A DNA stretch of 64,000 bases from a virus: the IMG/VR virus record IMGVR_UViG_3300027565_000001, one strand, 5' to 3'. Below, in pieces: positions 30,381-38,317 of this stretch. Position numbers and translations under genes: made by a program. Numbering within the stretch: position 1 is the first letter of the stretch; each line of letters opens with the position of its first letter. Under the pieces are notes generated by a model. The model did no database searches and was not told where the DNA came from. It saw only the letters and a list, made by a program, of their open reading frames with translations.

Positions 30381-30605
30381 AGGGGTGCCAGGAACCGCGA
30401 GGAACGGGGGGAAGTGTGCGTGTTCCTAGCGTTCGTACTATTCTGTACAACGGGCGCTTGGGCAAGATTCGGGAATTACCTATATATTTGTGGTTGTCTC
30501 GGCCTGGCTCGTCCACCAAAACGTGCACCTCCTAAATAAGCACTTTCCGCAGCTGGACCTCGGTCAGCATTTGTCTACCGTATGAGGATCTGTCGCCCCA
30601 AGTGA

Positions 30606-30836
30606 ATGCGTGAGGGCACATCCATGAGAGAGACGATGGCGCCGCCCCCGGCGCTCAACGCGATCGCCGTCACCTATCGCTGTGAGGACGGCCACCACGA
30701 CATCCGCTTCTATAGAGAGGGTCCGGTCGCGCGCACTGTCGCATGCGTGATCTGTGGCTGGCCGGCGTCGATCTCGCGCGATGAATACGCGCGTCACGAC
30801 AAGCTATTGACGGCGCTCAGCAGTTGGATCAGCTGA
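30606..30836 (+). CDS. small Cys-containing protein (76 aa or shorter)
   Basis: YRCEDGHH...VACVICGW is zinc-ribbon-like. There are three candidate ATGs. The 3' end overlaps the convergent late operon. Confidence 0.5.
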   Translation: MREGTSMRETMAPPPALNAIAVTYRCEDGHHDIRFYREGPVARTVACVICGWPASISRDEYARHDKLLTALSSWIS

Positions 30837-30926
30837 TCCAGCCGAACGTGTAGCATATGGCGATGATCACCGCCCAGCAGCACACTTCAAAGGCGAAGCG
30901 CGCGGCGCGGTGGCGCTTGAGCGCGC

Positions 30927-31388
30927 CTAGAACATCACCCCAAGTAATCCCTTCCACGCCCCCGTTGCGTAGCCCTCCGCCACCAGCCACGCCCCCGCCG
31001 AGCGCGTCGCGATCCACCACAGCACGGTAAGCGCCGTTGGGCCGATGGACGCCGCCTTCTCGGCGACCGTGAGGACGAGCCGCCAGCGGCGCTTCTTGGC
31101 CGTCGCCGTCCCAGATGGAGGACCAGGGCCGCGCGGGGGCTCCTCCGTTCTCGTTGGCTGCGGCGGCATCTGGGAATAGCGCGCCGAGGTGACCATCGAG
31201 ACTGTGGTTTCGAGCCGTGCCATCTCGTGCGATTGGCTGGACTGCCGCTGCTCCAAGTGACTCAGGCGCTGGCTGGTGTGGTCGGCGTGCGCCCTGAGGC
31301 TGCCGATGCTCTCGGCGAGCGCCATGAAATGTGCGATAGTCTCGCTCCACGGCGATGCGCTGGGCGAGCTCTCTGAGTCTTTCCGCAT
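30927..31388 (-). CDS. coiled-coil protein with C-terminal membrane segments (153 aa)
   Basis: This frame has consistently GC-rich third positions. Helical N-half, and C-terminus KKRRWRLVLTVAEKAASIGPTALTVLWWIATRSAGAWLVA. Last gene of the late operon. Confidence 0.6.
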   Translation of the reverse strand: MRKDSESSPSASPWSETIAHFMALAESIGSLRAHADHTSQRLSHLEQRQSSQSHEMARLETTVSMVTSARYSQMPPQPTRTEEPPRGPGPPSGTATAKKRRWRLVLTVAEKAASIGPTALTVLWWIATRSAGAWLVAEGYATGAWKGLLGVMF

Positions 31389-31527
31389 CCATGCCCTAGC
31401 CCCCGATATGCCCTCTATCTTGCAGTTATGCCCGGCCGCGCCGGACAGTTGGATGCCCTATGCGTGCTGCCCCCGCAGACGGCACAGGTCACGACAATCG
31501 GTATCTTCGGTAATGTGCGCACGCTGC

Positions 31528-31716
31528 TCATTTGCGTATCGCCGCGGCGTCACTGGCCAGAGGCGCCATCGGCACATATAGCCCGATGCCGAACACGAGG
31601 CCGAAGATAAGTGCCACCGCTATGGTGCAGGCGATTGCGGTCTGATAGCGCTCGGGCAGCGATTTATGCCGTTTGCTATGGTGATGCTCGTGGACGATTG
31701 CGTGGTCGTGAGTCAC
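31528..31716 (-). CDS. small membrane protein with His-rich N-terminus (62 aa, GTG start)
   Basis: GTGA overlap with the upstream stop. VTHDHAIVHEHHHSKRHK...IACTIAVALIFGLVFGIGLYV. Confidence 0.45.
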   Translation of the reverse strand: MTHDHAIVHEHHHSKRHKSLPERYQTAIACTIAVALIFGLVFGIGLYVPMAPLASDAAAIRK

Positions 31717-32006
31717 TTGGCCCTCGCCCGTGTCTTGGTCGCTACCGCGGCCTCGATTGCCGACAATCGCTGCTCCATCGTGTCGAGGCGCGATGGGCCG
31801 ATCGAGGGCATGGACATCGTTTTCATGACGGTGATGGGGTTGCTCACGACAGCCTTGGTCTGGGTCCAATTCTGCGCCATCAAAGTGCCGCCGAGCGTTA
31901 CCGCCCCGGTGCCCAGGACGAGCAGGATCTGGTTGAAGGAGGGCAGCAGGCCCATGATGAGGGGCCACCAGTAGGGGGCCGGCTGGGTAACGGTTGCGTC
32001 GGCCAT
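31713..32006 (-). CDS. holin-like membrane protein (97 aa)
   Basis: Hydrophobic stretch YWWPLIMGLLPSFNQILLVLGTGAVTLGGTLMA and a charged C-terminus, positioned in the lysis cassette. Confidence 0.55.
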   Translation of the reverse strand: MADATVTQPAPYWWPLIMGLLPSFNQILLVLGTGAVTLGGTLMAQNWTQTKAVVSNPITVMKTMSMPSIGPSRLDTMEQRLSAIEAAVATKTRARAK

Positions 32007-32010
32007 GGGA

Positions 32011-32271
32011 TTACTCCTTTGCCTTCGTGGTCAGCTTCTTCACGTACTTTTGCAGTTGGGTCAGTTTGAGCGCCTCGCGCCCGTACTTGGCGCGCAGTTC
32101 GGCCATCGCATGCACCAGATCGTCGCCGACATGAACCGGCTGCAGCTGTTCAGGGGGCACCATGACGCGCGAGGAGGGCGGGGCGATCTGGCTGGGTATC
32201 GCCATGCCACCCAGTCCTGCGCAACCGGCGAGAAAGAGCGAGATGATCGTCGCGGCAAGCATGCGCATCAC
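32011..32271 (-). CDS. lipoprotein, candidate outer-membrane spanin component (86 aa)
   Basis: MMRMLAATIISLFLAG/C lipobox, then Pro-rich AIPSQIAPPSSRVMVPPEQLQP. Confidence 0.6.
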   Translation of the reverse strand: MMRMLAATIISLFLAGCAGLGGMAIPSQIAPPSSRVMVPPEQLQPVHVGDDLVHAMAELRAKYGREALKLTQLQKYVKKLTTKAKE

Positions 32272-33161
32272 GCCACGCCTCCATACGCACGTTTGAGTAT
32301 CTCAGCAGCGTGGGCTGGGTCGAATAAGATCATCTCGCGCTCCTCCCAACCTCTCTCGCCCTTGGGGCCGGTCTTTGGCTCCCACAGACGCACGCCCGCA
32401 TGGCCTTCGGCATGAGCACGCGTTAGTTCGGCGTCGTGTGCCGCATCCCAGGCCTCGTCCCCAACATCCAGAAGTTCTGGTAGCCGCACATCCTTGATAG
32501 ATCCGGTGACGTTGTAGCTGCGCACGGGACCGTAGCCTGCGGCGTACTTCGGATCTGACGTGAAATACACGCCCCTGAGTCCCTCCGTTGTCACGGGCTC
32601 CCAGTTCATAAGCCGATCCTGATGCGGCGTGCCGCGATACCAAATTGACGAAGAAGTTGAAGCAGATTCTGGCGCTACCCGCTGACCTGAGGTGGCAGCG
32701 CGTGTCGCCGATGTCGCCTCGGCCCGCGCGATCATCTCGTCAAGGGCACTTCTAGGTGATGCAGAGGGCGCTTGTGTCTCTGGCGCCCGTGCTAGCGGAG
32801 AGTTGGCCGATGGCGCGGGAGAGGCCCGCGACGGCGGCGGCTCATTCATGAATCGCAGATATTCGCCGATGTGGTTGACGGTGCTGCCGTATCCTTCCGC
32901 ACCCGCCCGCATGGCCATCAGAGCTAGGGGCGCCTCGCGACCGAGTTCGGCCAGCGTCGGATGATCCTTGGCCCACTGCGACTGCTCTCTGGGATAGGCC
33001 GATCCCAGCGGCGCGATATAATCGTGGTGCAGTTGCGCCAGCGTGTCCAACAAGGACGGCTGCTGCGGGCTTGGATAAGCCTGCTCTAGCAGCTCTTGTC
33101 GGTCGTCGGGCACTACTTCACCCTCGATAATGCGTCCGCGGTCGTCGGCGTCGCCATGCAA
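32268..33161 (-). CDS. ADP-ribosyltransferase-like protein (R-S-ExE-like motifs), 297 aa, start uncertain
   Basis: The C-terminal domain has WYRGTPH, GVYFTSDPKYAAGY, GHAGVRLWEPKT and EEREMILFDPAHAAEILKRAYG, parallel to 10228..11358. The annotated start overlaps the upstream gene by 49 nt. Confidence 0.7.
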   Translation of the reverse strand: MHGDADDRGRIIEGEVVPDDRQELLEQAYPSPQQPSLLDTLAQLHHDYIAPLGSAYPREQSQWAKDHPTLAELGREAPLALMAMRAGAEGYGSTVNHIGEYLRFMNEPPPSRASPAPSANSPLARAPETQAPSASPRSALDEMIARAEATSATRAATSGQRVAPESASTSSSIWYRGTPHQDRLMNWEPVTTEGLRGVYFTSDPKYAAGYGPVRSYNVTGSIKDVRLPELLDVGDEAWDAAHDAELTRAHAEGHAGVRLWEPKTGPKGERGWEEREMILFDPAHAAEILKRAYGGVA

Positions 33162-33406
33162 TGGTCGGCTATCTTGCCGGCATTATCAAGTGCCTTATTG
33201 CGCGCGGCCTCCTGCAGGGCGGCTATTCTATCGTCGATCGTGTTCTGCTCACCGATGTCGTCGTTGGTCTTCTTAATTGCGACATTGATCTTCTGCCAGA
33301 CCTCGGCCTCTCTGATGTTGCCGATTTTATCTATGCCCCAGTATGCAGCACTGAGCAGCATGCCGATAATGGCGACCCAGGCTACGGGCGAGAGGGAGAA
33401 GGGCAT
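33113..33406 (-). CDS. N-terminally anchored coiled-coil protein, candidate inner-membrane spanin component (97 aa)
   Basis: Helix VAWVAIIGMLLSAAYWGI followed by a charged coiled-coil. Lies directly downstream of the endolysin gene. Confidence 0.6.
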   Translation of the reverse strand: MPFSLSPVAWVAIIGMLLSAAYWGIDKIGNIREAEVWQKINVAIKKTNDDIGEQNTIDDRIAALQEAARNKALDNAGKIADHCMATPTTADALSRVK

Positions 33407-33409
33407 CTC

Positions 33410-34840
33410 TCAGGATACCTTGGAGGGCAGGAACGGCGAGGACGCAGATAATGATTGGCCGGCGCCGCGCGGGAGATAACGGCCGTCTTTATGAGCGGAT
33501 ATCAATCCCCTTTCTATTCCGAACTTGACGCCGACGTAGGCCAGACCTCCCGTAAGTAAGACCCCGCCAAGAAAGAGCAGGAACGGATGCTGCGAGGCCA
33601 GATGCGATATTGCGCCGCCGTTGCCTTGGCTAGTATCGACGAACTGATTGGCGATGGCGAGGCCGCCTCCTCCGAGCGTTGTGCCGCCCCAAAACCAGTT
33701 CTTGAATGTTTTGATGCTGTCCGCTAAGCGGCTACCCTGGTCCGCCAGATCGTTGACCCTGGTGAACGACAAGTTCTCGAACGTGGGCCACATCGATGCC
33801 TTGGCGGGCTCGGGTTCGGGACTTTGTGTGCCCTGCGGCATTGCGGCAACGGTTGGAGGATTATCGGATACGTCGGCGCTATCGGCCCGTGCGGAGACGA
33901 CCGGCGCGGCGAGACTTTGCACCTCGGCGGCATCGCGCAGCGCATCCATGGTCTTCGCGTCGACCTTGCCCGTGCGCGGCAGTCCATGTGTTCCTTGGAA
34001 GGCTGTCATTGCGCGCGCGGTTTGCGTGCCGAACTGGCCATCGGCAGGGCCAGATAGAACGCCAGCCTTCTTAAGCAGCCGCTGCACCTCGACGACGGAG
34101 GCGCCGCGTGCGCCCAGGGTCAACTCATCGGTCAGTTCGATTGAGGGAGCCGGCACCGATGGAACCATGACGCCTGCGACCTCGGTTAGATGTGGCGGCC
34201 AAATCCGTTTCGCCCGAGCTAGGTGCGCCTCCACATCGCTGAGCCCGTTGGTACCCCCGTTGATCGCCCTCCGTACCGCTACAACGTCATCCCGGTCGGC
34301 CTTCTCGTTGCAGCGCTTTTCCTGCCATTCCAATAATGCGGCATGGATAGCATTGCGCGGCTCGGAGAGCTGATCGATAGGACAACCGATCTTGCCCGCA
34401 TAAGCTTCGTGCGCGGCTCTCCCGGTGATCTGTTCGATGCCGCATCCCCGGTATTTGAAACCGTCACCCTCTGCGGTATTGCCGAGCATATGCGCCATGC
34501 GTGGGCAGCCCAATCCATACACACGCTCGGCCAGCGCATAGGGATTATGCGCTAAGGTCGCCGCTTCTTCCTGGGTATGGATGCCCTTGTCGTGGAACAC
34601 CTCCAGTATCCTCTGGGCCGAATAGGACATGTCCTCCCAGAGTATGGTGAGGTTGGTTTCCCCGCACCACGTCGCGATCAGGTGGCACCAGCGCAGGTTG
34701 GATGTGATGCCGAACTGCTCCAGCAGATCGCCCGAGGTGGTGATCGCGCCGACATAGCCGTCCCACACCGCAGCCCTTGCAGGATTGGTCGGCCTGGGGA
34801 CGAGGATAGCCAGTTGCTGGCGCGTGATGAGGATGGGCAT
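33410..34840 (-). CDS. endolysin: GH19-like muramidase/chitinase domain, PG-binding domain and C-terminal hydrophobic segments
   Basis: WCGETN...LGNTAEGDGFKYRGCGIEQITGRAAH (GH19-like). LGARGASVVEVQRLLKKAGVLSGPADGQFGTQTARAMTAFQGTHGLPRTGKVD (PG_binding_1-like). C-terminal FWGGTTLGGGGLAIANQFV and FLLFLGGVLLTGGLAYVGV. Confidence 0.85.
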   Translation of the reverse strand: MPILITRQQLAILVPRPTNPARAAVWDGYVGAITTSGDLLEQFGITSNLRWCHLIATWCGETNLTILWEDMSYSAQRILEVFHDKGIHTQEEAATLAHNPYALAERVYGLGCPRMAHMLGNTAEGDGFKYRGCGIEQITGRAAHEAYAGKIGCPIDQLSEPRNAIHAALLEWQEKRCNEKADRDDVVAVRRAINGGTNGLSDVEAHLARAKRIWPPHLTEVAGVMVPSVPAPSIELTDELTLGARGASVVEVQRLLKKAGVLSGPADGQFGTQTARAMTAFQGTHGLPRTGKVDAKTMDALRDAAEVQSLAAPVVSARADSADVSDNPPTVAAMPQGTQSPEPEPAKASMWPTFENLSFTRVNDLADQGSRLADSIKTFKNWFWGGTTLGGGGLAIANQFVDTSQGNGGAISHLASQHPFLLFLGGVLLTGGLAYVGVKFGIERGLISAHKDGRYLPRGAGQSLSASSPFLPSKVS

Positions 34841-34988
34841 GTGCGGCGTCGTTCGATCTGCAAGTCAGGACGCGGCACAAATCGCTAGCTAGGATGCCTC
34901 AAGACGCTTCCAAAAGCTACGCCAAATGCGTTAAGATCGGGTCATGGACATCCTGCGCCACTAAACCTTTGTAGAGAGTACGCGCAAC

Positions 34989-35390
34989 ATGACTCTAAAC
35001 GGACGCTTCGTCAGCGTGACGAGACGACTCTCGGTCTTCGCCAAATACAAGGACACCAAAGGGCTAGCGACATACCTGAATAGCGACGAGTTCTGGGAGC
35101 ACCTCATTGAACTCGGACGCTGCGACCCGAAGCGCGGTCGCATGGCTTTGATGTCCATGGTTGAGGCGTCATCCAAGTGCAAGGGTGCTCTCGATGCTAA
35201 AGCGCCAATCCCTGCGCCAGGACAGAGCAAGCGCGTATCGTGGACATCCGAGAACATTTCTCGCTTGCAGAAGGCATGGCGCAAAGGCGGGAAGGATGGG
35301 GCTGCTCGGGAACTTGGCATCAGTCTAGGAGCCGCACACATCGCTGGCCTGCGTTACGTGCCCGAGGCCCGAGGCGCGCATGCAACCTAA
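34989..35390 (+). CDS. opposite-strand moron protein (133 aa) with C-terminal HTH-like segment
   Basis: The only + strand ORF inside the late region. GC looks lower. SWTSENISRLQKAWRKGGKDGAARELGISLGAAHIAG weakly recalls the GcrA N-terminal HTH. A hairpin GCGCATG-N9-CATGCGC spans the stop. Confidence 0.6.
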   Translation: MTLNGRFVSVTRRLSVFAKYKDTKGLATYLNSDEFWEHLIELGRCDPKRGRMALMSMVEASSKCKGALDAKAPIPAPGQSKRVSWTSENISRLQKAWRKGGKDGAARELGISLGAAHIAGLRYVPEARGAHAT

Positions 35391-35709
35391 ACATGCGCCG
35401 CAAACTGCCTAGGAGCGTCGCTGGCGCCCGGCAGAGTTGGACATCCTTTGCATCAAGCAGCGACACTGGGCGCCTTGTAGGCTACTCAGCGGCATTGCGT
35501 GCTGCCCTCTAGGCGACCCTTTCCCTTCCGACCCCATTCCAGGCGCCCGACAGGGGGTCTAGGGCCGGTTTTGGGGTCTGGACCAAGGTGCAGCCTGTAC
35601 CAGAAAACCGCCTGCCCTGGGGCATCCTGGGCAGCGGATTGCCATGTGGGGCAAATCGGCTTACCGGCGGGGGATGGCTTGGGGGTCCGTCCTTTTCTTT
35701 CTCTTCGCC

Positions 35710-38316
35710 CTAATGCATCCGGGGCTGGCCTTCTACGGGCTGGTCTTGTTGGTTGCGATTTCCGACCCCGTGTTCTGCCGCTATGGCGTTGTAGGCAGGT
35801 AAAAGCGCCGGGTCTTTTCTTGCCATCTGTCCCAACTGGTTGATCAGCGCCGCCATGCGTGGCGCCGTGGTATTGACGGGGGCGCGCGCCATCGCCGCCC
35901 TGAGTCTAGCGTACTGCGCGATCCAGTTGACATAGGCCGGTCTTGAAAATAGTACAGAGAATGCCGCTGTCGGTGCGAGCATGCCGCCCAGCAGCGCCGT
36001 CTGGTGGTTCATGGCGAGTATCCCGGTGCCCGCCATGGTCAGGTAGTTGATCAAATCCGTTCCCGAGCGCGAAGTATTCGCCAGGGCTTCGACATTGGCA
36101 AGCCGGGAAACGACGCGAGAGAGATCGTTCATTGCCTGTGTGTATTCGCCTCCGAACATGAGGGCGCGCGCCTGCGGGCTCATCGCGTTCCAGCTGGTCA
36201 TGAAGGTCTGGGGGCTGAATCCGGCTTCTTCGACCATGCCCCGGGCGTTGGGCTTGGGCTTCCCCATCTGGTCGAGCATGAGAGCCGAGAACTGGTTGCG
36301 CTCTTCAGGTCGCAATGCACCCATGGCCGAGCGCAGCATCCCCATGTTGCCCTTGGTGCCGTCCAGGGCGGAACGGATCAGCATGCCGGCTGCCTGTTGT
36401 GGGTTGTCCGTTCCGGCGAGTTTGGCGAAGCGGTCCATGCGATCAATGCCTTGGCGGAAGTATCGGTCTGCGGTGCGGAAGTCCCGCAGGGACTGGTCGG
36501 CCCTGAGCGCAACAATCGGCTGAACGTAATCGGGGCGGTTGTTGCTGATCTGGGTTCTTTGGTAGGCGCGGTTGGCGAGATCCTGCAATCCTACTTCTAT
36601 ATCGCGCGATAGTGCCCCATAGAGCGTGCCGAGCTGTCGTCTGTCGAGACTAGCCTGGTAGGGCGAAAAGTTGGAGAGCGCACGACCGACCTCCGTGCGT
36701 ATGGCGCGCATGTCATCGAGCGTGAAGTTCGCGGCTCGCGAATTGCGGATGCGATCGGCCAGCTCGCCCGTGATCGTGCCCTGCCCTGCGATCTGGTTGG
36801 CGACCTCGCGGTCGATCCCGCCTAATGCCGCCCGCGTATTGGCAGCGGCAAGCATATTCGGGTTGGCGGTCTCATCGATGCGTTGAAAGGCTGGAACGGA
36901 GCGCCACGCCTTTTCGTAGAGCGCTTCGGAACGGGCAGCGAACGAGGTGTCAGCCGCAGGCGTTCGCACAAGGGTTTGCAATTCGGCATCGCTCAGATCG
37001 GCCGCTGCACGTCTCCCCATGATGGTCTGGTCGAGTGAGCGTGCGGCCGGAACAGCTACTCCGCGGTTGGTCTGAGAGAGACCTCCATAGGGATAGAACG
37101 CGCTCTCGCGGATGGGCGCGGCTGCCGTCGCGCGCTGTTCTGCGGCAGCCGACATTTGCGGGGCGCCCCGCGCGGCGTTCTCATAGGCGCCGATGCGACC
37201 GGCGTCATTCACCAGGATATGCTGAGCCGGATTATAAGCGGTCGTCGTACCGTTTGGGCGAAGGATCGTCGGCGCAGTTCCCGGCGTAACCGGCGCTACC
37301 TCTCCTACATATGGCCCGGGAGCTCGGGGTTGTATCCCGAGATCGGTGAGCACACCTGGTTCAAGGTCGGATACTCCAGCCGTGCGAAACCTATCCAATC
37401 CGCTCTGCAGCGCGTGCCCCGCCTGTTCGACGGTAGCTGATGGAGCCATGTCGGAACTGATGGCACGCGAAGCGTCTCGTGCTCCGACCAGTGCCTCATC
37501 CAGCGACTTCTTGATGGGATCGCCGAGGTAGGGAATGCGCGATGTCATCTGCCCAAGGCCAGACACGGGGCCTTGGGAGAAGGCGATCGGAGGTTTGCGC
37601 ACGCCGAGGCGGTCGAATGACTCTATATCGGATGCGATGTTCGCCGCGCGCTCGGTAGCCAACTCGGCCCCTACCGCAGTGCCGACAGCCCCCGATGGCG
37701 TTCGTGCCGCCATGGCGGCAGGCGCAAGCGCACTTGAATGGGGCAGCGCAGCCGCAGCAGTCTCGGTAGCTTGAGGTACGGCGCGGATCGAACTCGTCAC
37801 CGGACCTACCGCCAGTCCCGGCATCATCAGTCGTGCCGCCGAGGTGAAGCGGTTCTCGTTGACTTGGGCGTTCCGAGCATAGACCGCCAACTTGTTAGTC
37901 GCGGGGTCGCGTGCGACGAAGTCGGTCTTCGGATTGATGAAGCGTTCGTCCCCGGTCGGTGACTTGTAGCCCTGCCCCCACTCGAACTCTTCGAGATCGC
38001 CGAGACGTTGCGGTGCATTATTTGGAGCGGCAGCAGCAAGGGGCGAGGACGACATGCCCTTGGCCGGAAAATACTTCGAGGTCGCATAGGGATTGACGCC
38101 CTGGCGTGCCGCAAGTTCGGCATCCTGCTGCACGTCGAACAACGAAAGCGGCGGCGGAGTAGGAGGTGCTGTCAGTGTTGCTTCACGTTCACCACCGGCA
38201 GGCGCGGGCGTGACATCCTTGAACCCAGCCGCCGTCCACGTATCCTTGGGAGGTTCACCGGAAGGTTTTACCTTCTCCGCTTCCTTGAATCCCGCCTCTG
38301 CCCAAGGGTCGGCCAT
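35710..38316 (-). CDS. large virion-associated (internal/ejection-type) protein, 868 aa
   Basis: Long ORF in the virion module with Ala/Gly/Pro-rich low-complexity and helical regions. Function inferred from size and position only. Confidence 0.75.
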   Translation of the reverse strand: MADPWAEAGFKEAEKVKPSGEPPKDTWTAAGFKDVTPAPAGGEREATLTAPPTPPPLSLFDVQQDAELAARQGVNPYATSKYFPAKGMSSSPLAAAAPNNAPQRLGDLEEFEWGQGYKSPTGDERFINPKTDFVARDPATNKLAVYARNAQVNENRFTSAARLMMPGLAVGPVTSSIRAVPQATETAAAALPHSSALAPAAMAARTPSGAVGTAVGAELATERAANIASDIESFDRLGVRKPPIAFSQGPVSGLGQMTSRIPYLGDPIKKSLDEALVGARDASRAISSDMAPSATVEQAGHALQSGLDRFRTAGVSDLEPGVLTDLGIQPRAPGPYVGEVAPVTPGTAPTILRPNGTTTAYNPAQHILVNDAGRIGAYENAARGAPQMSAAAEQRATAAAPIRESAFYPYGGLSQTNRGVAVPAARSLDQTIMGRRAAADLSDAELQTLVRTPAADTSFAARSEALYEKAWRSVPAFQRIDETANPNMLAAANTRAALGGIDREVANQIAGQGTITGELADRIRNSRAANFTLDDMRAIRTEVGRALSNFSPYQASLDRRQLGTLYGALSRDIEVGLQDLANRAYQRTQISNNRPDYVQPIVALRADQSLRDFRTADRYFRQGIDRMDRFAKLAGTDNPQQAAGMLIRSALDGTKGNMGMLRSAMGALRPEERNQFSALMLDQMGKPKPNARGMVEEAGFSPQTFMTSWNAMSPQARALMFGGEYTQAMNDLSRVVSRLANVEALANTSRSGTDLINYLTMAGTGILAMNHQTALLGGMLAPTAAFSVLFSRPAYVNWIAQYARLRAAMARAPVNTTAPRMAALINQLGQMARKDPALLPAYNAIAAEHGVGNRNQQDQPVEGQPRMH

Positions 38317-38317
38317 A

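Noticed and set aside
30390-30436. GAAC/GTTC units considered as alphaproteobacterial SOS boxes (GTTC-N7-GTTC).
   Set aside because: The spacings are 6 and 5 nt rather than 7, so the units do not fit the canonical box. The feature is kept only as an inverted repeat within the convergence-zone finding.
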